Of a stretch of 64,000 nt of DNA, positions 24,726 to 34,122 are shown piece by piece. The translations under genes were made by a program, and so were the position numbers. The DNA is taken from the NCBI RefSeq assembly GCF_964355755.1, contig NC_092673.1, forward strand, positions 10,698,948 to 10,762,947, read 5' to 3'. Origin of the DNA: Antedon mediterranea (taxonomy: Eukaryota > Animalia > Echinodermata). Numbering within the stretch: the stretch's first letter is position 1; each line of letters opens with the position of its first letter. The notes below the pieces were generated by a model, which was given only the letters and a program-made list of their open reading frames with translations, did not search any database and was not told where the DNA came from.

Positions 24726-27020
24726 CACATCCACGTCAAACAGCGAAAATGGGACATTAAGTGTTCCGAGAGCCGTTTTCATTGTTTAAGTTAGCCGGAG
24801 CCTTTTTCGATTGGCTATAAATAGAAAGTTACCGAGCATTTCGAGCAACGCGAGTTCTGACTTCCGTGTTTTATAGGCTGTCTAAATTTCCCTTTTAACG
24901 GGTTTATATTAAATTATATTGTTGTTTGATTTATTTCTGTTTATAAAGAACATTTATATTAAACAAAAACCACAACAATAGCAATTTTAGTTGATTATGG
25001 ATTAATTTATTCGAATTCTAAGATAAACGTCTAAGCCAAGTGTAAACGTAAACAAAGCGAGTCATACGGCGAAAACAAAAAAGTGAAAACTAACTAATTT
25101 GTTAAAATAGCTAACATTAATTTGCAATTTTTAAATGAAATTCTGAAAACGCTATAATATAGTCTTATATGCATTTTCAAAGATTTCCAAAAAAAAGCTT
25201 GGGGTTATTTTTCAAACAAATTCTATAAGGAGTTGAAGATAGTGTATTTTGAGCGAAAGTGCGGTGCGCGTAGACCTAGGAAGACGCGGCAGGGCTGGAA
25301 TACTCGTTTCCTTAGGCGACGAGAACGACGGAAGATGCGCTCCATCACTGTGCTCTCAATTCTAGTTCTTGTTAAGTGGATGATGCAGAATCTTATAATA
25401 TGGGCTTATAAATTTTAAAATAAAGTGCTCAACTTTTATTTTTCTTAAAATTATGAAGATTAGTGTGAAGTGGGGACTGTCTGCATGCCTGAACGGCTGA
25501 CTTGGTAAAATACTGAAAAATCAGTCAATTAGTTAGGCCTAGGCTAATTAATTAATGTACAGTATATAATGTCATATTTTTATGAATAGAGCTAAACCTA
25601 CTAGTAGGCTTACTAGTAATCACATAATAAATCTGTTAATGTCACCTGTCACTAACATATGATTGATTTAAGTATATGCTGAAAATGTTTACTTTTTATC
25701 GGAGCTAAAATGAAATTTCGCAGTTCCCTGCTTTTTATTATAATAATGGAGCAATAAATTTAATACAAATACACACCAATTAACATTTTAACTTTTAATA
25801 TTATCACAAATTTCACCTTAAAAATCAGACAAGTTTTCTACATCAACTTAGCTAACATTTGTACTAAGCCTAATCTTCAAAAGATTTACTATTACTGTAG
25901 TAGGCCTATTACCATTATTTATTTGCCAATTTGAAATGTACATTTAAACTTTATTAAACTACTGCACAACAACCAACTGCCACTTGAACCTTTAAATAAG
26001 TAAATTAGGATAAGTTAAAGTTTTTACAAAATAAATGTCTTTTTGGCAATACATCTATAGATATCCATAATTACAGTATTAATAGTGCTTTTTCACATTA
26101 TATGCCAGAAGTAAATTAATATGACTCATAAGAAATTGTTGTTGATTTAATGCTATTTGTATTGAAGTATGTAGAACAATCCTCTGTGGTCTGTAAAAAA
26201 ACAACAACATTCAATTAATAATAATCATTATTTAATTATATTTGTATATTTATTCTTATTTTCTTAGGCCTATAAACAACGCGCGCCTGACAATGAACAC
26301 GCGCCAATAATGCACGCACTACCCCACTATTATAGGCTAAAGCCTGGCTCTCCTACTGTACTACTAGGCCTAGACTATATTGATTTATAAATAAAACAAA
26401 GAGGCTTTGTAGAGTTTTATGATTTAAAACAGCTTTCCTATATATTATATGTTTCCCTTATTAATTTACAAAACCACATTTTTTATCTTATGGCGTAAAA
26501 AATGATTTTAGCTACAACCATGTGTTCCATTTTCGATAGTGAAATACCCAAGAAGTCACATGTTTAAGCAGCCATTAAAAAAAAAAAAAATAACCCCAAC
26601 GAGATTTTGTTATTAACTACTATTGAAAAATCAAATATTCAGAAACTATAAAACCCACCTTCTAAAAAAATTGCGTTGTTTTATTACAGCCTCAACAAAT
26701 TAGACGAAATTTTAACATTCGAATAGCCTAAAATTGTTTAAAAAACATCGGTGTAATTCACCCTTGTTTCATAAAAATATAATGGGTTCGTCGATTAAAA
26801 AACAATATTACGTGGTTCGTAGATGCCTTGTCAAAGGTTTTCATGAATTATTCATTAGTAAATAAAACCAAAAGTTCCAATTGGCCAGTTTGCAAAAACC
26901 TAAGATTTACCTTTCAAAACAAAGTTGCTTCCGGGTAATTGTCAACGCTGTCTCGTGTGCAAAAACGATTCGCTGCCGATAGAGGGCTCACTACTTTTTG
27001 TCCCTGGTGAATTGAGTGTG
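24726..27020. mobile_element. Non-autonomous DNA transposon with CAC...GTG termini and 4-bp TSD (Chapaev/CMC-like or Transib/RAG-like)
   Basis: Removing it and one TTTC copy (24722-24725 / 27021-27024) restores the Rep frame TAT TGG AAA AAA CAG CGA (YWKKQR). Ends are CACATCC and CACACTC, sharing GGGACA(A/T)(A/T)AAGT subterminally. AT-rich non-coding interior. Confidence 0.85.
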
Positions 27021-27331
27021 TTTCCAATATCGAGGTGAACCTGGTCAAGAACAGAAAACGCGTCCTCCACATTTTGCAATTCCAGCGATGAATTGACATT
27101 TCCCTTCAAGTAACTGACACTGATTTGACTTTCAATAGAGTGTCGTTCGAGATAATATAAGGAAGCGAAAGTGAATGCATCACTAGAAATGAATCGTCTG
27201 TCTACATTATAAAGTCTTTGACAGACAAACTTCCAAGGAGTCAATTTGATAGCACGCAAGTAATGTAAACCGTACCGACCAGTGGGATACAATGTTGGAA
27301 ATGAATTTATATCCCAACTTTCATCTCTCAT
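27021..27331 (-). CDS. Helitron Rep N-terminal region fragment
   Basis: SFPTLYPTGRYG, QRLYNVDRRF; truncated by the insertion at 27020. Confidence 0.85.
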
Positions 27332-27516
27332 GAAATTAGTAGGTGTTTTACCTTGTCCAGGTGCGACAGAAAGGCTATCTATATCAGACCGATTCTTTTC
27401 TCTCTCAGGAAAAACTAGATGTATTTCTGCATGGTCGTCTGACAGCTTTGATAACGAGTTCTTCCGTCTTCTTCATTTTCATTGGTTTCTTTAGTATCAC
27501 TTCTATCATTACTATA

Positions 27517-27774
27517 TTAATTTTCATTAGTCTTGATATTTACATCATCATCGTTGACTATTTCATCTATGGGAGAATCTTCTTCGTCTGGATCATTAGC
27601 CACCTCCTGTTTGATTTGTGCGTCATAGAATTCGTTGATCTTGACATCAGTGTACCCAGGATGTCCCAGCTCTTTAAGTGTCATTATAGCTTGTATTAGC
27701 TTCTTCGGATCAATATATGCATTTAACACATAAGGCTGTTTCTCTATCTGTCGCTTGAGTTTCACTGGAATCAA
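27517..27774 (-). CDS. Helentron polyprotein fragment upstream of Rep
   Basis: IPVKLKRQIE..IDPKKLIQAIMTLKELGHPGY followed by an acidic tract, typical of Helitron-type N-terminal regions. Confidence 0.75.
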   Translation of the reverse strand: MIPVKLKRQIEKQPYVLNAYIDPKKLIQAIMTLKELGHPGYTDVKINEFYDAQIKQEVANDPDEEDSPIDEIVNDDDVNIKTNEN

Positions 27775-27781
27775 ACCAGCA

Positions 27782-28561
27782 TCATCTGGCAGTCGTGGTA
27801 AACTTGGTTAATTGTGACATAGTATTCAATATATCATCATCAGTTATAGGTACATAAATGACCCGGTCTTTCATTGCTGACCATCCACTAGACGGTAGAA
27901 CACGTAATTTTAGGAATAAAATAGATCTAGCTACGAGTACTCTACCAAGTTCAGACAGCTCTAGATCTTGTGGAATAGGATCAAGATTCAAGCCGTTTCT
28001 CACACACATAGGTGACATTTTACCTTTCACCAAGTAACCTTTACATGTATGACAAACGTATTTTGTTGTTTTATCGGCAGAGAGCAATTCTGCTTTGATG
28101 ACGTATAGTTCATATGCGTTGTTCGTGTTCATTTTCGTTTGTAACTTTTTGGTAATTTCCGTTCCACCATTTTTATACAACATCCGATGACAAACTATGC
28201 ATGGGTATATTGGACCATAACGTACATGTTCTCGAAATTTGCTCAGTCGATCGTTCTCGGTGTTACTATGTTTTTTATTTGTGTATCGTTTCACACACTT
28301 CTCTTTTTTTTCATCACGATGAGATCCGTAATGACTTTTCTTCTTAGCGTTGATATCATCTCGATGAGATTTGTAATGACTTTTCTTCTTACTGTTGATA
28401 TCATCTCGATGAGATTCGTGATAACTTTTTTTCTTAGCGCTGATATCATCTCGATGAGATTCGTGATAACTTTCCTTCTTAGCGCTGATATCATCTCGAT
28501 GAGATTCGTGATAGCTTTTCTTCTTAACGCTGATATCATCGCGATGAGATTCGTGATACAT
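27782..28561 (-). CDS. Helentron polyprotein fragment: 14-aa repeats plus Cys-rich Zn finger
   Basis: (YHESHRDDISAKKK)-like x6, GPIYPCIVCHR...YVCHTCKGYL..MSPMCVRNGL..IPQDLELSEL. Confidence 0.85.
   Translation of the reverse strand: MYHESHRDDISVKKKSYHESHRDDISAKKESYHESHRDDISAKKKSYHESHRDDINSKKKSHYKSHRDDINAKKKSHYGSHRDEKKEKCVKRYTNKKHSNTENDRLSKFREHVRYGPIYPCIVCHRMLYKNGGTEITKKLQTKMNTNNAYELYVIKAELLSADKTTKYVCHTCKGYLVKGKMSPMCVRNGLNLDPIPQDLELSELGRVLVARSILFLKLRVLPSSGWSAMKDRVIYVPITDDDILNTMSQLTKFTTTAR
28310..28560 (-). repeat. 42-bp coding minisatellite, about 6 copies
   Basis: TGATATCATCTCGATGAGATTCGTGATAAC recurs every 42 bp. Confidence 0.93.
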
Positions 28562-28568
28562 TTTGAAT

Positions 28569-29612
28569 CTACGTACCTAGCCTCTTAGAACGATTTTCAT
28601 CGCTTTCATTCATAAGTCGCTCTGTTTCATGCTTCTGTTTATATCCGCGTCTATTATTAGAAGTGTAATCATCTGGATACATTTTTCTACACGTTATGTT
28701 CTTTGCCAAGTGACCTTTAAGACGCTTGAAAGACTTGCCACAACCCTTACATATGGACTCTGATGGAACCTTTGTGTCTGTAGATGGTTGATCAGGAGCT
28801 GGTTGTTCGGGAACTGATGTATCTGGAGATGGTTGATCAGTAGCCGGTTGTTCGCAAGTTGACTGTTCGGGTTCCTCAGTTTCAAATCCAACGACTACAT
28901 CAAAATGCACATTGCTTGAATTTACTAAATATATGGAACAATTCTCTCGTTCTTGTTCCAACCCAAAATCATAGAGTGCAGTAGCAGCATATCTCTGCCA
29001 GCACCAGGTTAGTTCGGTAGTGTTTGCATTGAGATTTTGATAGACGTAAATATCCGTTTTCAATAATGATGCAGCTGCAATTACCTCTAGCATCGTAGCC
29101 CAGTGGACACTATCGGCACCAGTTATTGCGAGGTTGTCCAGATGTTCACGAAATGCCTTTTCACGCGAATCTATATTACCATTGAACTCGAATTTTTCAA
29201 ATGCGTCGTTTCTGTGTTGGTGTAAGTGAGTAATCACTGCAGCTCGGAGGAACCCGTGCATATACTCATTTCCGAAAATTACATAAGACAAAGCTCGAAA
29301 AAAACAATTTCCATCTGGATATATGTTTCTTTTCTTGAATGAACTTGTCAAGGTTCGTTCTATACCGTCATAATGGACTAGATGCACAGCAACCTCTAAA
29401 TTCAGACTACGACATTGTCTTTCCTGCCAATTAAAAGTAAGAGGTGAGAAAATGTATCGACTTTCTATATCCGTGACATTTGCATCAACTAAGTCAGTAT
29501 TCTTCTTACTGCAGTCGGTAGAACATTGAGGGGTTTCCTGAGTTTCACGTTTATCATACTTTGATGATCTCGCCTCTTTCAAATGAGCTTTGCGCTTACT
29601 TGAACGAGGCAT
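28569..29612 (-). CDS. N-terminal Helentron ORF: OTU-like cysteine protease plus Zn finger
   Basis: PDGNCFFRALS (catalytic Asp/Cys), WATMLEVIAAASLL..IYVY, NVHFDVV (His), CKGCGKSFKRLKGHLAKNITC; basic N-terminus MPRSSKRK. Confidence 0.9.
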   Translation of the reverse strand: MPRSSKRKAHLKEARSSKYDKRETQETPQCSTDCSKKNTDLVDANVTDIESRYIFSPLTFNWQERQCRSLNLEVAVHLVHYDGIERTLTSSFKKRNIYPDGNCFFRALSYVIFGNEYMHGFLRAAVITHLHQHRNDAFEKFEFNGNIDSREKAFREHLDNLAITGADSVHWATMLEVIAAASLLKTDIYVYQNLNANTTELTWCWQRYAATALYDFGLEQERENCSIYLVNSSNVHFDVVVGFETEEPEQSTCEQPATDQPSPDTSVPEQPAPDQPSTDTKVPSESICKGCGKSFKRLKGHLAKNITCRKMYPDDYTSNNRRGYKQKHETERLMNESDENRSKRLGT

Positions 29613-30082
29613 AGTGTGATATTACGCTTTGTTATATTCTATGTCTGTTTTAGTCTTGATAAAGTTTTCAACTAAAGTAGCTGGCAGAATGTGTGTAAGT
29701 ATGTGATAACAACAGGAAGCAGCTGGCAGAATGTGTGTAAGTATGTGATAACAGCAGGCGACGTTCAGCAAATTTTGAAATTCAATTTTCGGAGCTGATG
29801 TTGAAGTAAAATATTCTTGGGAGCTGATATCATATTACGTATACAGTATATTTCACCATAAAGTTTAAGAAAAATAGGTTTCGCCAGGGCCTACACCAAA
29901 AATGTGGGTAACACACAGTTTTTAAGCCATTTAAATTACAATTAAATATAGTAATAAGCACAAAGCAAAATAAACATGTGTAAAAGTGATAATTACCGAT
30001 TACACAAAATAATTAATTAAAAAAGATATACTGTATATCATATTGCGTATACAGTACTTTTTACCATAAAGTTTAAAAAAAA

Positions 30083-30154
30083 AGGTTTCGCCCGGGCTCG
30101 AACCGGGACCTTCTGTGTGTTAAACAGACGTGATAACCACTACGCCAAGAAGCC
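30083..30154 (-). tRNA. tRNA-Val(AAC)-like gene or pseudogene inside the Helentron
   Basis: GGCTTCT TG GCGT-AGTGGTTATC-ACGT, anticodon arm TCTGT-TTAACAC-ACAGA, T arm CCCGG-TTCGAGC-CCGGG, acceptor 5/7 paired; followed by T9 terminator. Confidence 0.8.
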
Positions 30155-30225
30155 GCATATAACAACATAATGCTGTAGTGTGTATCACACATTGTGGCTT
30201 CCTAATTAAACAAATTAATTAACAA

Positions 30226-30566
30226 ATAAGCAGGAATGTGCGATACTCGGTTTACAGCAAATGAAGCTGTAATGACGTCATAAGACGGGATATGACGTCA
30301 CATACACATCAATAACCTACCAAATACGGCTATATGGTACCATCTTCGAGACGTCATATGGCTGCATTCGGTTTGAAAATAAAAAATCCGGCTCTATAGC
30401 TTTGAGGACATGTCCCTGTAGTATGTTCATGCCAAATCCCAGCTCAATACTACAACGAATAAGGGAGTAGTACTTTAAAAATCGCACTTTTTACTCAATA
30501 GTGTCCAGATGGAGGAAGAGGAGGAGAAAATGAGTAAGTCCTAGACTCGGGTACTCCGAGTAAAAA
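30226..30566 (-). mobile_element. HINE/DINE-1-like mini-Helentron module forming the 5' end
   Basis: Diverged direct-repeat copy of 19601-19943; subTIRs 30244-30255 (mismatched) / 30551-30562; palindrome ACTCGG-GTACT-CCGAGT. Confidence 0.85.
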
Positions 30567-30781
30567 TGTCCACATTTTCAAAAACAATATTTATTTTCAA
30601 ATAAAACAAAAATATTCTTACAGGTTCGAACCCACTACTGGGAAGCACTCAAAACTGAGCATTACCCGTTATGCAATAAAGTAGTACACGACAGAACAGT
30701 TTATAATAGTCTATTTATAAGTGTATTACGTAATTCATCATTACGTCATAAATATCATATTAACCTTTTTGAAACCAAAAT

Positions 30782-31029
30782 GGCCAGTTAGCTCAGACGA
30801 CTGAGCGTCGTGTTGACAACACGTATGTCGTGGGTTCGATTCCCACGCTGGTCGGTGAAACAGAGTTAAAGATATGCGACCAACTGTGTTTGGGGTTCAC
30901 AGAATTTACGTCCCCCTTTCCACCACACATCTTGAGAAGGCACTAGCAATGCATCTGGTGATGATGTGGTAGAAACGACCCCAAGGCCGTGGCAGGGCCT
31001 TAGTGCTGAGGCAGGGAGAGCACATTTTT
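30782..31029 (+). ncRNA. tRNA-headed Pol III-type unit (tRNA-Ile-like cloverleaf with GAC triplet plus ~170-nt structured tail); SINE or ncRNA
   Basis: Cloverleaf 30782-30854: GGCCAGT/GCTGGTC, GCTC/GAGC, CGTG-TTGACAA-CACG, GTGGG-TTCGATT-CCCAC. First T>=4 run at 31025. Confidence 0.65.
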
Positions 31030-32014
31030 AATTTTTTTTTGGCTTTCGCTACATGTATTTGATCTCGTAAATGTTATGTTTAGCACCCTCAATTTAATGT
31101 AAAAAGAAATTAATTTATCTTCGTTACGTGTTCAGAAGAGAATGTATGTCTCACCGTAGTTTGGTATGCCGTTTGTTATTATGCAAATGAGTTTTTGCAG
31201 ATTTCCCACTACATTTTTTAAACAGATAATTTGTCTCCGATGATTTTTGTATGGGGTTAATGGAGAGTGAAATAGATCAAATATAGAACATTTGCAAAGA
31301 TGCCGATTTCCAGACTGATTTCGAAACTTAGATTAATTCCGCCGCCGGGCTAGGCCTTAGGCATATACGAAGTCGAGACGAAGTAGAAAACTCTACCTAA
31401 ACTTTTGAATTCGCATCTGGATAGTTGAATTTTTAACAAATATCATAAATATCATAGGTGATTATGTATGGTAATAAGTATAAGTATAAGTGCAATTCTG
31501 GGCTCTATTTTCATTATTAGCTCTGCCCCAAACATGGTGGGCTAGTAGGCCTACTGGAGACCTAATATTTAATTTCATATTTCAATGAATAGGTGCACTT
31601 TCCGGGGACAAGCTCTATTGTCCTTGTTAGTCTTATATATTTTGTTTCATATAATTTCAAATCATGTAAAGTACCATTTTCAGGCGGGAATCTGTGCAAC
31701 TCTATTTTTTTTATTTTAAACAGTTTGGTATGCCGTCGTGGTTGTTATGCAAATGAGCTTGTGCACGTGTATTATGGGGAAGATAATATGTTAATCATTC
31801 GCGGTCAACACGCCACACTGTTAAATTTTGATGCTGTTAATATTTACATTAGAATATTGTTCAAATCATGTAAATAAAACATTTTCCGGGCGGGAACCCA
31901 GCAGCTCTCGAAAAGAACTCCAGGTGGAAAAGAAGCTCACCCATGAGTACTGAATATGAAGGAGCACATTGGCTTCTTTTGGAGGCTTTATGGCAGTCTT
32001 TTTACATGTATTTG
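30782..32014 (+). repeat. ~1.3-kb interspersed block, copy 2 (intact tRNA-like head)
   Basis: Homologous to the other four copies; has an internal deletion with a short inverted filler near 31200. Confidence 0.9.
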
Positions 32015-33545
32015 AAAAAAAAGGTCCACTGGTTTAGGCCTGACATTTACAACACTCAAAATATCTCACTTTCATAAACAATATTTATTTTCAATTTAAA
32101 AAAAAAAAGAAAAAAAATATTCCTAGAGGTTCGAACCCATTACTGAAAGAACTCAAATCTGAGCATTACCGGTTACGCCACAAACCAGTAGATGAGTGAA
32201 GAGCTGATAATAGTCTATTTATATAAAATGAATGATCCATCAATGTAAAATGATGTTATGCAACTTTGTTTCTGATTTAAAAAAAGGTCCACTTGGTTAG
32301 GCTTGACATTTAAAACCATAAAAATATCTCACTTTCAAAAACAATATTTATTTTCAAATAAAACAAAAAAGAAAAAAAATATCCCTAGAAGTTTGACCCA
32401 CTATTGAAATCACTCAAACCTGAGCATTACCCGTTACGCCGCAAACCAGTATATGACTGAAGAGCTGATAATAGTCTATTTATATGAAATGAATGATCCA
32501 TCAATGAAAAATAATGCCATGCAACTTTGTTTCTGATTTTAAAAAAGGTCCACTTGTTCAGGCCTGACAGTTGCAACCCTCAAAATATCTCACTTTCAAA
32601 AACAATATTTATTTTCAATTAAAAAAAAAAGAAACAAAATATCCGTAGATGTTCGAACCCACTAGTGAGAGCACTCAAACTTGAGCATTACCCGTTACGC
32701 CACAAACCAGTAGATGACTGAAGAGCTGATAATACTCTATTTATATGAAATAAATAATAAATCAATGAAAAATAATGCCATGCAACTTTGTTTCTGATTT
32801 TAAAAAAGGTCCACTTATTCAGGCCTGATATTTACAACCCTCAAAATATCTCACTTTCAAAAAAAATATTTATTTTCAATTTTATAAAAAAAGAAACAAA
32901 ATATCCGTAGAGGTTCGAACCCACTACTGAGAGCACTCAAACATGAGCATTATCCGTTACGCCACAAACCAGTAGATGACTGAGGAGTTGATAATAGTCT
33001 ATTTATATGAAATGAATGATCAATCAATAAAAAATAATGCCATGCAACTTTGTTTCTGATTTTAAAAAAAGGTTCATTTGTTTAGGCCTGACATTTACAA
33101 CACTCAAAATATCTCACTTTCAAAAACAATATTTATTTTCAATTAAAAAAAAAGAAAGAAAGAAAATATTCGTAGAGGTTCGAACACACTACTGCGAGAA
33201 CTCAAACCAGAACACTACCGGTTACGCCACAAACCAGTAGATGAGTGAAGAGCTGATAATAGTCTATTTATATGAAATGAATGATCAATCAATGAAAAAT
33301 AATGCCATGCAACTTTTTTTCTGATTTTAAAAAAGGTCCACTTGTTTAGGCCTGACATTTACAACCCTCAAAATATCTCACTTTCAAAAACAATATTTAT
33401 TTTCAATTTAAAAAAAAATAAAAAAAATATCCCTAGAGGTTCGCACCCACTACTCAGAGCACTCAAACCTGAGCATTACCCGTTACGCCACAAACCAGTA
33501 GATGAATGAAGAGTTGATAACAGTCTATTTATATGAAATGAATAT

Positions 33546-34122
33546 ATATATAAACTTTATTTAGACACGAGACTGATGTGCAGTACAACTCGTTCAATCA
33601 ATATTGATTGTTTTTACACAAGTTCGTGATACTGTATTACAACAACAAAATCAACACCATATAAATACGACAGAAACGAAAAAAATTGAAATTGAAAAGA
33701 AACAAAATTACAGCAGAATCCCCTTCATCTGACACCTCTATTTAGGGTACACCATACCGGTACTTCCCGTGTAAACGGAAACCCTTATCGAAGTGTATAA
33801 TTTATGGGGATTCTACTGTAATACATAATAAATCTTTTTGATTTCATTTACCTTAAAATAAATTAGTGATAAAACACACATTTTATATAGTATTTAGCCA
33901 TTTTAAAAGTTGGATGTACACCATCGTAGATTACCATACCATTATGTTTTACAATGCATTTTTCAGATACGTTTTAAACAACTTAACTGAATTTGGAAGG
34001 GTATCAACATTGAGACTATACCATATAATTGCTCGACGATAAGACAGACTTCGTTTTTTAAAATCGGTTTTTGGCTTCGGGATGAATAGATTGTATCACT
34101 GTGCCTTAGATTATAAGGCACA
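33546..34122 (-). mobile_element. 5'-truncated LINE 3' fragment (CR1/L2-like)
   Basis: Unique sequence interrupting a monomer. Minus strand starts with VPYNLRHSD-like ORF2-end codons and ends AATAAAGTTT(AT)n. No TSD; ~10 bp of target missing. Confidence 0.55.

Larger units (their letters stand above)
20863..29612 (-). pseudogene. Frameshifted Helentron polyprotein gene: OTU - Zn fingers - Rep (HUH) - Pif1 helicase - APE endonuclease
   Basis: Nine collinear minus-strand ORF fragments in the expected domain order, separated by frameshifts/stops, one 2.3-kb insertion and an apparent deletion in the helicase. Confidence 0.92.
19601..30566 (-). mobile_element. Helentron (endonuclease-encoding Helitron), decayed, ~11 kb including a nested 2.3-kb insertion
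   Basis: Rep/Pif1/APE/OTU coding fragments. 12-bp subterminal inverted repeats TACTCGGGGTAC (19621-19632) and GTACTCCGAGTA (30551-30562). 3' hairpin GCAC-4-GTGC (19607-19618). Inserted in an A/T run of the satellite (CTGATTGA^AAAATGTCCAC) with no TSD, as expected for Helentrons. Confidence 0.93.

Noticed and set aside
21236-28588. Plus-strand ORFs at 21236, 23168, 24594, 27282, 27343 and 28187
   Set aside because: Antisense shadows of the Helentron coding strand.
19601-30566. LTR retrotransposon or DIRS interpretation of the terminal direct repeats
   Set aside because: No TG..CA ends, PBS/PPT, TSD or RT/integrase; the repeats carry Helentron end structures.
30955-31027. snoRNA in the tail of the tRNA-headed unit (GTGATGA...CTGA, or terminal ACA)
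   Set aside because: Only short motifs expected by chance; no convincing terminal stem or identifiable guide without a search.
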